DNA of 64,000 nucleotides, taken from Planctomycetota bacterium. Lineage in GTDB: Bacteria > Planctomycetota > B15-G4. This document shows positions 40,821 to 50,046 of this stretch, piece after piece (the first letter of the stretch is position 1; every line of letters begins with the position of its first letter). The position numbers and the translations under genes were made by a program. The DNA lies in the NCBI GenBank assembly GCA_038212275.1, contig JBBQUR010000005.1, positions 138,911 through 202,910 of the forward strand, read 5' to 3'. The notes under the pieces are model-generated. The model was not told the origin of the DNA, searched no databases, and saw nothing but the letters and a program-made list of their open reading frames with translations.

Positions 40821-41953
40821 GAGTCGGCCTCGATGCGCGACCGGCCCTTTTCTCGCGGACCGGGATCGGCCGCGCCGCACGTGAGTTGTTCATCGCGCTG
40901 TCGGCCCGGGCCGACATGCAGGTGCTCGGCTACGGCGCCGCGTGGCGCCGGCCGCGCGCCGAGGCCGGCCTGCCGGGCGTGCGCACGCCGCGTATCCCGG
41001 CCCGCCTTCAAGCCGCACTGGCGCCGCTGGGCTTCGGCGTGGAGACGCTGCTGGGCCCGCTCGACATCTTTCATCACACGGACCTCGTGTACGCGCCGGT
41101 GCGCCGCGCGCGGGAGGTCATGTCGCTGCACGACCTCACCTTCCTGCACGGCCAGGGCTGGCATGACGCAGCGTTCACGGAGCGCGTCGAGCCGCGCGTG
41201 CGCCGCGCCGCCGCACGAGCCGCCGCGATCTTCGTGCCCTGCGAACGCGTGCGCGACGACGTGCTGGCGCGCCGCGTCGCGCCGGCGGAGCGCGTGCACG
41301 TCGTGCCGCTCGGCTGCGATCACGTGGACGCCACGCGGCGCTCCGACGATGCGGCGGCGCTGAGCCGTCTCCGCGCACGCGCCGGCCTGCCCGCGGACGC
41401 CGGCCCGCTCGTCCTGCTGCCCGGCACGCGCGAGCCGCGCAAGAATCAGCTCGCGCTGCTGCAGGCCTTCGTCGACCTGCCGCGCGGCACGCCGGGTTGC
41501 CTGCTCTTCGTCGGGCCGCGAGGCTGGGGCTGCGCGGAGCTGGAGGCCACGCTCGCGGAAGGCCGCCGGCCCGCGCATGTCGGCGTGCTCGGAGAGGTGC
41601 CCGAGGAGGAGCTCGCCGTGCTGCTGCGTGGCGCGGATGTGGTGGCGTATCCGAGCCTCGCGGAGGGTTTCGGTCTGCCCGTCGCGGAGGCGCTGCATTG
41701 CGGCCGTGCCGTGCTCACCACGCGCGCCACGCCGATGGCCGACTACGGCGGCGACGCCGTGCTGGCCGTGGACGGCCACGACGTCGGCGCCCTGCGCGAC
41801 GGCCTCCGCCAACTCCTCGGTGATGCCACGCTGCGCGCCGCGCTGGGTGCTGCGGGCCGGCGACGCGTCGAGAGGCTGACGTGGGCGCGCGCGGCCGAAG
41901 CGACGCACGCCATCTATCAGCACGTCGGCGGAAACGTAGACTCCGCGCGATGA
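40817..41953 (+). CDS. Glycosyltransferase family 4 (GT-B)
   Basis: TGIGR, LHDL, GTREPRKN, YPSLAEGFGLPVAEA. ATGA overlap. Confidence 0.92.
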   Translation: MRVGLDARPALFSRTGIGRAARELFIALSARADMQVLGYGAAWRRPRAEAGLPGVRTPRIPARLQAALAPLGFGVETLLGPLDIFHHTDLVYAPVRRAREVMSLHDLTFLHGQGWHDAAFTERVEPRVRRAAARAAAIFVPCERVRDDVLARRVAPAERVHVVPLGCDHVDATRRSDDAAALSRLRARAGLPADAGPLVLLPGTREPRKNQLALLQAFVDLPRGTPGCLLFVGPRGWGCAELEATLAEGRRPAHVGVLGEVPEEELAVLLRGADVVAYPSLAEGFGLPVAEALHCGRAVLTTRATPMADYGGDAVLAVDGHDVGALRDGLRQLLGDATLRAALGAAGRRRVERLTWARAAEATHAIYQHVGGNVDSAR

Positions 41954-44694
41954 CCGCCCCGAAGTCCCTTGTCCTGCCGCTGCTGCTCCTGCTCCTGCTC
42001 GCGTGGAGCGGGTCGGGTTGCGGCGATGCTTCGGCGCCGCTCGCGCCCGGCGCCACGGCCCCGACGCCGCCGCCTTCGCCCGGCAACGAGCATGAAGCAA
42101 CCGCGCCGCGCGAGGGCGACCTGCGCGCCTGGGACTATCCGTCGATGGCGTGCCGCGCCAACGGCGATGCGTGGCTTGCCTGCGTGCACTGGGAGGCCGG
42201 CACGGACAGCCTCGCGTTGCGTCTCTCGTCCCGGACCGCGGCCGACGAGACGCTCGTCTACACGTCGCCGACGCGCGTGCTCGGCACCGCGCTCGCCGTG
42301 GACGAGGCCGACGCCCTGCACCTCGTCTGGTCCGAGGCCGTCGCGGACGGCTGGGCCCTGCGCACGCTCGTGATCGCCGCACCGGATCGCGAGGGCGAGC
42401 TGGGCACGCCGGGCGCGCCGGTCACGCTGCTGTCGGTGCCCGGCGCGAGGCTGCTGTGGCCCGTGCTCGCAGCGGACGGCCAGCACGCGCTGCTGCTCAC
42501 CTGTCTCTCGCTGGACGGCACCGGCCCCGCGGTGCTCGCGCTCGGCCGCCTGCCCGGCGGGCCGTGGAGCGCAGCGGTGGACGTGAGCACGAATCGCCAC
42601 TCGCACTGGTCGCCGTCGGCAACGTCCACGGGCCCCGGGCGCTTCGCCATCGCGTGGGATGGCGCGACCGACGGCGACTACGACATCTACCTCGCGGAGT
42701 GCCGGCTCGGCACCGATGGCAGGCCCTCCGTGCTCACGCGGCAACGCCTCACCGACACGCCGCGCCGCGAGTCCCATCCCTCGCTGGCCTTCGATGGCGA
42801 GCGCCTCTACGTGGCGTACGACGTTGCGGCCGAGCACTGGGGCCGCGAGGGCTCCGTGAACAAGCTGGAAGAAGCGCTGCACGCCGGGCGCCAGGTCGAG
42901 ATCGTCGCGGTGCAGGACGGACAGGTGGCGCCGCTGGGCGTGCAGCCGAGCGTGGGCATGAACGACGTGCTCGCGCGCAATTGGGAACTCCCGAAGCTGG
43001 CCATCGAGAGCACCGGCAACCTCGTGCTCTTCTTCCGCGGTCTGCCGCTGCCGCTGGAATTCGATGACCCGGAGGACCCGGCCTTCCAGAAGGTCGCGCA
43101 GGCGAAGGCGGGCGGGCTTGGCTGGCGCACCTCCATCTGGTTCGCGTACATGACCCGCTTCGATGGCGCCACGTGGCATCTCGCCGACAAGCATCACTTC
43201 GGCATCCCGGGGGGCGACGGTCGCGCCGATGCAGGCATCGCCTGCACGCGCCTGCCGGGAGGCGGCATGGCCTATGCGGTGGTGGGCGACGATCGCGCGG
43301 CGCCGGCGTCGGCGAAGTCCACCGAGGGGCTCTCACCCGAACAGCTCCGCATGCGCCAGCTCGAAAGCGTCGACTGGTGGCGGCCCGTCTCGAGCATGCC
43401 GACCACGGTGACCACCGGCATCCTGCGCAAGGACGCGCAGGCCGCGCCGTTTGCGCTGGGCCCCGCGCGCGCGCTGCCCGACCTGCCCGCGGCGGCGCCC
43501 GGCGACGCGGCCGCGCTGCCGACGCGCCTCGGGCCCGACGGCGCGCGGCTCTCGCTCGCGCTCGGAGACCTGCACCGCCACACCGACCTCTCGCGCTGCT
43601 CGTCCAACTGGGACGGCCCCTTCGACGACGCGCTGCGCTACGCCTACGACGTGGCGCCGCTGCAGTTCCTCGCCATCACGGACCACTTCGAGCACATGAC
43701 CGCGTACGACTGGTGGCGCAGCGCGAGCTGGGCCGACGCCTACGACAGCCCCGGCCGCATGGTGGACCTGCGCGCCTACGAGCGCTCCGAGCCCTCCACC
43801 GGTCACCGCAACGTCATCGCGCGCGGCGACAACCCGCCGCTCGTGGCCTATCGCGGCGTGTACGACCGCGAGCGCGACGCGTCGACCACCGGCAAGGACG
43901 CCGACCTGTGGCCGCTGCTCGACGAGCACGACGTGCTCACGATTCCGCACACGCCGGCAGGGATGTTTCCTTCCAATCCGTCGACGCTCGCCTGGGGCAG
44001 CTTCGACCCGCGCTTCGATCGCCTCGTCGAGGTCTTCCAGAGCTATCGCGGCAACTCGGAGGCCATCGACGCGCCGCGCGCCATTCCCGGGCTGAACCCG
44101 CGCCGTTACGCGCTGCCGAACCTGGACCTCGGCATGCACTTCGGCTTCATCGCCTCGAGCGACCACCAGACCAGCGACGGCGCCTTCGCCGGCGCCTGGG
44201 TCGGAGAGCTCACGCGGGAGGGCGTCTTCGATGCGCTGCACGCGCGGCGGACCTTCGCCTCCACGGTGCGCGCGTCGCTGTGGACCGAGTGGAACGGCGT
44301 GCCGATGGGCACCTCCGCCGCCGCGCCGGCCGGCGTGGACTCCGGCTTCGTCGTCGAAGTGGACGGCTTCGGCCGTGCGCTGTCCGCGCTCGAACTCATC
44401 GTCGACGGCACGGTGTCGGAGCAGCGCGCGGTGCACGGCAGCACGGCGCGCGAAGGCTTCGAGCTGGCCGTGCCGCCGGTCGGCAGCCGCTTCGCCTATG
44501 TCCGCGTGCGTTTCGCAGACGGCGAGCTGATGTGGAGCAGCCCCGTGCGCCTGTCCGCCGACGGCAGTCAAGGCGCGGACGGCCTCTCGGGTGCGCAGAT
44601 CTCGCAGCAGCACGGCGACGTGTGGAGTCAGCAGGCATCGGGCGCCTCGCCGGCGTCGCCCGCGACGTCGCCTGCGCCAGCCGGGCCGCGCTGA
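41950..44694 (+). CDS. Lipoprotein with an N-terminal beta-propeller-like region and a PHP-fold metallohydrolase domain (DUF3604/CehA-McbA-like)
   Basis: Signal ending GSGC. PHP motifs GDLHRHT, AITDH, GHRNV, IPH, IASSDH, then ARRTFAST and WSSP. Confidence 0.75.
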   Translation: MTAPKSLVLPLLLLLLLAWSGSGCGDASAPLAPGATAPTPPPSPGNEHEATAPREGDLRAWDYPSMACRANGDAWLACVHWEAGTDSLALRLSSRTAADETLVYTSPTRVLGTALAVDEADALHLVWSEAVADGWALRTLVIAAPDREGELGTPGAPVTLLSVPGARLLWPVLAADGQHALLLTCLSLDGTGPAVLALGRLPGGPWSAAVDVSTNRHSHWSPSATSTGPGRFAIAWDGATDGDYDIYLAECRLGTDGRPSVLTRQRLTDTPRRESHPSLAFDGERLYVAYDVAAEHWGREGSVNKLEEALHAGRQVEIVAVQDGQVAPLGVQPSVGMNDVLARNWELPKLAIESTGNLVLFFRGLPLPLEFDDPEDPAFQKVAQAKAGGLGWRTSIWFAYMTRFDGATWHLADKHHFGIPGGDGRADAGIACTRLPGGGMAYAVVGDDRAAPASAKSTEGLSPEQLRMRQLESVDWWRPVSSMPTTVTTGILRKDAQAAPFALGPARALPDLPAAAPGDAAALPTRLGPDGARLSLALGDLHRHTDLSRCSSNWDGPFDDALRYAYDVAPLQFLAITDHFEHMTAYDWWRSASWADAYDSPGRMVDLRAYERSEPSTGHRNVIARGDNPPLVAYRGVYDRERDASTTGKDADLWPLLDEHDVLTIPHTPAGMFPSNPSTLAWGSFDPRFDRLVEVFQSYRGNSEAIDAPRAIPGLNPRRYALPNLDLGMHFGFIASSDHQTSDGAFAGAWVGELTREGVFDALHARRTFASTVRASLWTEWNGVPMGTSAAAPAGVDSGFVVEVDGFGRALSALELIVDGTVSEQRAVHGSTAREGFELAVPPVGSRFAYVRVRFADGELMWSSPVRLSADGSQGADGLSGAQISQQHGDVWSQQASGASPASPATSPAPAGPR

Positions 44695-44699
44695 GCGCC

Positions 44700-45848
44700 G
44701 TGCGCATCGCCCTGGACGTCAGCCTGCTGGATCGGGCGGAGCCGACCGGAGTCGAGCGCGGGCTGGCCACGCTGCGCGAGGCGCTGCTGGGCTGCGGCCC
44801 GGCGCTGCAGCTCGTGCAGCTCTCCGCACCGCCGTCGCTGCCCGTGGCGCTGTGGCGCGAGACCACGTTGCCCACGCTGCTCGCGGGCCATCGCATCGAT
44901 GTCTATCACTCGCCCGTGGCGGCCGTGCCGCTGCGCGCGGGTTGTGCCGTCGTGGCGACGCTGCACGAGCTGCCGTGGGCGTCGTCGGATGCGGCGGCAC
45001 GCGCGACCGGGGACGGCCGCTGGACGCATCGCGCGCGCACCGCGCTCGCCGTCGCCGTCGCGACGCGGCTGGTCTGCGTCTCGGAGCGCACGCGCGAGCA
45101 CCTGCTGGCGCGCCACCCGGAGGCCGCGCCGCGCGCGGTCGTCATTCCGCACGCGGTCGATGCACGCTTCAAGCCGGCGGCGCCCGACAGCGACGAGGCG
45201 CGCGAGGACGAGACGCTGCGTGCACGCCTGGGGCTCGGCGCCGACGGGCGCGCGCCGTTGCTGCTCGCCGTCGGTCGCCTGCGCCGCAAGAAGAATCTCG
45301 CCGCGCTGCTCGAGGCCGTCGCCGCGGCGCGGGCTCCGGCCGGCATGCGCCTCGTGCTTGCCGGTCCCGACGGCGATGCCTCCGACGCGCTGGCCGCACG
45401 CGCGCGTCGTGCGGATCTCGCGGGCCGCGTGCTCTTCCCCGGTGCGGTGGACGACCGGACGCTGCTCGCGCTGTACCGCGGCGCGACGGCCGTCGCCTTT
45501 CCGTCGCTCTTCGAGGGTTTCGGCCTGCCCGTGCTCGAGGCCATGGCCTGCGGCGTGCCCGTGCTGGCCAGTGAAGAAGGTGCGGCACCCGAGGTGCGCG
45601 GGCAGGCCGTGGAGCTGTGCCGGGCAGGAGATCCCGCTTCGCTTGCCGCCACGCTGCAGCAGCTGCTGAACTCGCCGGCTCGTCGCGCCGAACTCGTCGC
45701 GCGCGGGCGGCTCCACGTGGTGCGCTTCAACGGCGAGGCGCTGGCGCGCGCGCACCTCGCCCTCTACGCGGATGGCATCGAGGCGTACGCCCGGCGTCGG
45801 CCGTCCGACGCGCGCAGCGGCCGCGATGCCGGAGGCGCGACGCGATGA
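44700..45848 (+). CDS. Glycosyltransferase family 4
   Basis: RIALD, TGVER, TLHE, GRLRRKKN, FPSLFEGFGLPVLEAMACG. Confidence 0.92.
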   Translation: MRIALDVSLLDRAEPTGVERGLATLREALLGCGPALQLVQLSAPPSLPVALWRETTLPTLLAGHRIDVYHSPVAAVPLRAGCAVVATLHELPWASSDAAARATGDGRWTHRARTALAVAVATRLVCVSERTREHLLARHPEAAPRAVVIPHAVDARFKPAAPDSDEAREDETLRARLGLGADGRAPLLLAVGRLRRKKNLAALLEAVAAARAPAGMRLVLAGPDGDASDALAARARRADLAGRVLFPGAVDDRTLLALYRGATAVAFPSLFEGFGLPVLEAMACGVPVLASEEGAAPEVRGQAVELCRAGDPASLAATLQQLLNSPARRAELVARGRLHVVRFNGEALARAHLALYADGIEAYARRRPSDARSGRDAGGATR

Positions 45849-46996
45849 GCGCGCGTGCTGCGCAGCCCGTCGTGCTCGTCGACGCGACGATGCTCGATGG
45901 GGGCCACAGCGGCGCGGCCACGCGGCTCGCGGCGCTCGGGGCCGCGCACGCCGCGCGCGGCGCGGTGGATGTGCTGCACCTCGTGCGACCCGGCGTCGAC
46001 GCGCTGCCAGGCCTGCGCTGCCTGCCCTTCACGGGCATGCACACGCCGCTGCGTCGCGCGCTGGCGGGCCGCCGCATCGATGCGGAACTCGTGCGTCACG
46101 GCGGGGCGGTCTGGGCCGCCGCCGCGCTGCCGCTGCCGTCCGTGCGCGCCGCGCCGATGAGCGTCACGCTGCACGACCTGCGCTTCCTGCAGGAGGGCGA
46201 GGACGTGTCGCTGGCGCGCAGGTTGTGGGGCCGGCGCCGCCTCGCGCCGAACGTGGCGCGCGCGGCGGCCGTCATCGCGGTGTCGCGCTTCACGGCGGGA
46301 GAGCTGGCGCGGCACGCGGTGTGCGACGCCACCCGCGTGCACGTGATTCCCAATGCCGGCAGCCCCGGACTGCAGCGCGTGGACGACCCGCAGGTGATCA
46401 CCGCGCTGCGCCGCCGCATGGACTGGAACGCGCGCTACGTGCTGGCTGTCGGCCCGCTGGCGCGGCACAAGCGCCCGCTCTTTCTGCTCGAGGCGCTGGC
46501 CGCCGCGCGCGCACGCCCCGGCGGCAGCGACCTCGGGCTCGTGCTGGCGGGGCATGCCGAGCCCGAGGCTGCACGGATCTTCGCGCGCCGCGCGACGGAA
46601 CTCGGCGTGCAGGGCTGCGTGCGGTTGACGGGAGATCTCGACGACGCGCGCCTCTCCGCCGTGCTCTCCGGCGCCGACGCGCTGCTGCTCGCTTCCGAGT
46701 GCGAGGGCTTCGCGATCCCCGTCGTCGACGCGCAGCGCTTCGGCGTGCCGGTCGTCGCGGTGGCGGCGGGGGCCGTGCCCGAGGTGGCCGGCGCGGGCGC
46801 CTGGTTGCTGCCGCCGGGTGATGCGGCGGCCGTGGGCGCCGCGATCGTGGAAGCCGTCAGTCCCGGTGCGGAACGTGAGCGCCGGCTGGCGCTGGGTCGC
46901 GAGCACTCTGCCCGCTGGTCGTGGGATCGCTCGGCCGGACAACTGGAGACGCTGTGGTTGCGGCTGGCGTCGGAGCGAGCCGCGCGCGGGGCCTGA
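45845..46996 (+). CDS. Glycosyltransferase family 4
   Basis: TLHDLRF, IAVSRFT, HKR, SECEGFAIPVVDAQRFG, WSW. ATGA overlap. Confidence 0.88.
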   Translation: MSARAAQPVVLVDATMLDGGHSGAATRLAALGAAHAARGAVDVLHLVRPGVDALPGLRCLPFTGMHTPLRRALAGRRIDAELVRHGGAVWAAAALPLPSVRAAPMSVTLHDLRFLQEGEDVSLARRLWGRRRLAPNVARAAAVIAVSRFTAGELARHAVCDATRVHVIPNAGSPGLQRVDDPQVITALRRRMDWNARYVLAVGPLARHKRPLFLLEALAAARARPGGSDLGLVLAGHAEPEAARIFARRATELGVQGCVRLTGDLDDARLSAVLSGADALLLASECEGFAIPVVDAQRFGVPVVAVAAGAVPEVAGAGAWLLPPGDAAAVGAAIVEAVSPGAERERRLALGREHSARWSWDRSAGQLETLWLRLASERAARGA

Positions 46997-47444
46997 GCGC
47001 GCCGAGGTCGCGCGTGTCGAGCACCGAGGCGTCGGCTCCGGAGAGCAACCACGTGCTGGCGGGAAGCTCGGCGTCGCCGGCATCCACGGCAAGGATCGCG
47101 AGGTCGGCGAGGCCGTCGCCGTCGGCGTCGGGCATTTCCTGCAGCACGACGAAGATCGAGCCCGTGGCCGCGCGTTCCGGATGGTCGAGCGGATCCGTGG
47201 CGAAGGGCGAGTCGGCTGCGACGAGGGGACCACCGGCTGCCTCGCCCGTCGAGTTGATGATCACGACGCTGTTGTTGTCGTCGTCATCATCATGGTCGTG
47301 GTTGCCCGAGCTGTAGGCGAAGGAGCATCCGCCGCCGAGGACCTGCGAGAGCGCGAGCCCGAGCAGCAGCGTGATCCATGCGGCGCGGCGTCCGTGTGTC
47401 GGCGAGGACGCCTCTGCGCGGCTGGCGAAGAGCGCGATATCCAT
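46857..47444 (-). CDS. Hypothetical exported protein or lipoprotein with one FG-GAP-like DxDxDG motif
   Basis: SD GGGAG, hydrophobic leader LGGGC, Asp run, PDADGDGLADLAI. The 3' end overlaps the convergent GT4 gene. Confidence 0.55.
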   Translation of the reverse strand: MDIALFASRAEASSPTHGRRAAWITLLLGLALSQVLGGGCSFAYSSGNHDHDDDDDNNSVVIINSTGEAAGGPLVAADSPFATDPLDHPERAATGSIFVVLQEMPDADGDGLADLAILAVDAGDAELPASTWLLSGADASVLDTRDLGALRPRARLAPTPAATTASPVVRPSDPTTSGQSARDPAPAGAHVPHRD

Positions 47445-47593
47445 GGTGAGTCTCCCGTCGTGAGCCAGAGGGCCCGTGTGCTCGCTGAGGATAGCGCCGA
47501 TCGCCTCTCCGGTGGGCAGTTCACCCGGGGCAGTTCATCGGGTTGGGCAAGTGAACAGGTCGGCTGCAGGGGAAAGGTGCCGCGGGCGGAACT

Positions 47594-48235
47594 TCAGCCG
47601 ATCAGGCCGACGAGCCAGGCCACGCCGGCCATCAGGGCGGCGGCGATCAGCAGCACGCCGAGCGTCACGGCCAGACGCTGGCCGGTGGGAAGTTGCGAGA
47701 GGTCCGCGTTGAGCAGGCCGCGCCGCGCCTCGACCTTGCGGAACTGGAGCTCCCGTCTGCGCTGCGTCAATGCTGGCGCTTCGGACTCCCTGGCCGCCGC
47801 AGCGCCGCCGCGGCCCTCGCGGCCCTCGCGGAGCGATGTCGTGCCAGCGACGGTGCCCGCCGCAGCGGCTGATGCCATGCGTGAGGCCGTGCTTGATGCT
47901 GCGCCTGATGCGCCGCCCGATGCGCCGCCTGATGCGCCGCCTGATGCGGCGCCCGGGGCGGGCCGCGCGCAGAGCGTGAACTTCACGCGGCCGAGGATCA
48001 GCTCGTCGCCGTCGCGCAGCAGGGAGCGCTCCACCTTCCGGCCGCCGACGCCGACGACGCCCTCGCCCAGGGCTTCGATGCGCAGCGTGCCCGCGCTGCC
48101 CTCGCTGAGCCGGGCGTGTTGCGCGATCACGGACTCGTGCGGCACACGCACGTCGGCATCGGGACCGCTTCCGAGCACCGCCGGAAGGCTCGCGATGCCG
48201 AGCTGCTGTCCGCGCGCCGTCATGAGGACCCACAT
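47594..48235 (-). CDS. FHA-domain membrane protein
   Basis: LGSGPDADVRV..ESVIAQHARL...LRDGDELILG, a GASG linker and a C-terminal TM helix. Confidence 0.75.
   Translation of the reverse strand: MWVLMTARGQQLGIASLPAVLGSGPDADVRVPHESVIAQHARLSEGSAGTLRIEALGEGVVGVGGRKVERSLLRDGDELILGRVKFTLCARPAPGAASGGASGGASGGASGAASSTASRMASAAAAGTVAGTTSLREGREGRGGAAAARESEAPALTQRRRELQFRKVEARRGLLNADLSQLPTGQRLAVTLGVLLIAAALMAGVAWLVGLIG
47895..47952. repeat. 12-bp coding tandem repeat (GATGCGCCGCCT), about 5 copies, forming a GASG linker on the minus strand
   Basis: Read directly. Confidence 0.8.
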
Positions 48236-48379
48236 GCGGGCGCAGCCTAACAGGGCCGTGCCGGGAGTCCCTGCGCCGATCGTCCGCCGGACCCGGCTGC
48301 GAGCAGGGAGCCTTGATGCATCGCGGACGGCCACGTCGGGCGCGCAACGCCGCGCGCCGGCAGCTAGACTCGGCCCCGC

Positions 48380-49102
48380 ATGCCTCTGCTGGAAGCTCGC
48401 CGGATCGGCCACACCTACCTGCGCTTCCCCGCGCGCAGGCTCGTCTCGCTGCACGGCGTGGATCTCGTCGTCGAGCGCGGCGAATGCTGGGGGCTCATCG
48501 GTCCCAACGGCTCGGGCAAGTCCACGCTGCTGCGCATTGCGGCGGGACTTGCGGAGCCGCACGCAGGGTCCGTGACCGTCTGCGGCGAGCGCGCCGGCAG
48601 TCGCGCGGCGCACCGGCGCGTGGGCTTCGTGCCGGAGGCCGTGCGCTGGCCGGCGGCGCTGCGCGCCGTCGACGTGCTGCTCGAACTGGCGTCGCTGTCC
48701 GGGCTGCGCGATGCCGGCGCGCGCGTGGATCGCGTCGCCCGGCTGACCGGCCTGCAGGGCCTGCTGGCGCGACGGCTCGGCACGCTGTCGCTGGGACAGG
48801 CGCGACGCGTCGTGCTGGCGCAGGCGCTGCTCGACGAGCCCGAGCTGCTCCTGCTCGACGAACCCTTCTCCGGCCTGGACTCGCTGGTGATCATGGACCT
48901 GGCCGAGCACCTGCGGGCGCGCCTCGCCGCGGGCGCGGGCGTCGTGCTGGCGAGCCACCGACTGGAGGATTTCACGGCGCTGGCGACGCACGTGCTCGTG
49001 CTGCGCGCGGGCCAGGTGGTGGCTGCCGGGCCCGCCGCCGAGGTCCTGGCTGGCAGCGACGCGCGCGAAGGTCTGTCCGCCCTGCTCGGCAGCTCCGCCT
49101 GA
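48380..49102 (+). CDS. ABC transporter ATP-binding protein (PilH-like)
   Basis: GPNGSGKST, VGFVPE, LSLGQARR, LLDEPFSGLD, SH. Confidence 0.92.
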   Translation: MPLLEARRIGHTYLRFPARRLVSLHGVDLVVERGECWGLIGPNGSGKSTLLRIAAGLAEPHAGSVTVCGERAGSRAAHRRVGFVPEAVRWPAALRAVDVLLELASLSGLRDAGARVDRVARLTGLQGLLARRLGTLSLGQARRVVLAQALLDEPELLLLDEPFSGLDSLVIMDLAEHLRARLAAGAGVVLASHRLEDFTALATHVLVLRAGQVVAAGPAAEVLAGSDAREGLSALLGSSA

Positions 49103-50046
49103 TGCTCGGTGGGGTGCTCATCATCGCGGTGGGAACCGTGCGGCGCATGCTCAGCTGGCCTGCGCTGGCCGTCGCGGTGCTCGCGGGCGCCGGTGCGGGT
49201 CTGGCGCTGACGGGTCTGGCGCAGACGGGCCTGCCGGCGACGTCGATGCTGCCGGCGGCCTACAGCGGCCTGGTGCGCGTGCTCGCGGCCGTGCTCGTGC
49301 TGCCGCTCGCGGCCTCGGTGCCCACGGCCGAGCGCGCCGGCGGTTACGAACAACTGGTCGCCCTGCGCCCGATCGCGTCGTGGGCGTGGGTGGCGGGGCG
49401 CGTGATCGGAAGCGTGCTGGGCATGGCGACGCTCGTGCTGCTGCTCGGCCACTGCACGCGCTGGGTGGCCGGCGGCATCGAGGTGCCCGACACCGTCGCG
49501 GGGCAGCGCATGGCAACCGAGGTCACCGACCCGATGTGGCGCTTCGCATTGCCGGCGGGGCGGCGCGGGCCGTTCGACCTGCAGCTCCAGGTCTTCGCGC
49601 GCTACCCCGGCAGCCAGCCGCTCCGCATCCACGTGACGCGCGGCGACGGCGTGCTGTCGCTCGCGCCGACCGTGTACAGCCGGCCGCAGCTCACGGTGCC
49701 GCTGCCGGATCTGTGGCCCGAGCGCGGCGACCTCTTCGTCACGCTGCACCCGGGTCCGAACCTGGTGCTCGGCGAGGCGCCGCCGCAACTCGGTGTCGGC
49801 ACCATGCCGCTGAGCCGGGCGGACCTGCCTCTGCCGACGGCCGCTGCGGCCGGCCTGCTCCTCGCGCTGCTCACGGCCCTGGCCGCCGCGTGCGCCTTTC
49901 ATTTCGAGACGGCGTGCCTGGCGGGCCTGACCGCGCTGGCGGTCGAGCTGCCGCCCGGGCCTCTGCCATGGCTCGCGGCCATCGCGCTGCTGCTGGTCAT
50001 CGCCACGCTGGGCACCGCGCTGCAACGCCGGTCCGCAATGCCGTGA
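49102..50046 (+). CDS. ABC-2-type permease-like membrane protein (PilI-like)
   Basis: TM helices and E..G..EQLVALRPI...WVAGR, resembling the ABC-2 E..TI..LL.KP motif. TGATG coupling. Confidence 0.65.
   Translation: MLGGVLIIAVGTVRRMLSWPALAVAVLAGAGAGLALTGLAQTGLPATSMLPAAYSGLVRVLAAVLVLPLAASVPTAERAGGYEQLVALRPIASWAWVAGRVIGSVLGMATLVLLLGHCTRWVAGGIEVPDTVAGQRMATEVTDPMWRFALPAGRRGPFDLQLQVFARYPGSQPLRIHVTRGDGVLSLAPTVYSRPQLTVPLPDLWPERGDLFVTLHPGPNLVLGEAPPQLGVGTMPLSRADLPLPTAAAAGLLLALLTALAAACAFHFETACLAGLTALAVELPPGPLPWLAAIALLLVIATLGTALQRRSAMP

Noticed and set aside
38454-40880. 808-aa ABC ATPase as given in the ORF track
   Set aside because: The upstream ~530 codons are antisense to the flippase. The real ATPase begins near 39263-39287.
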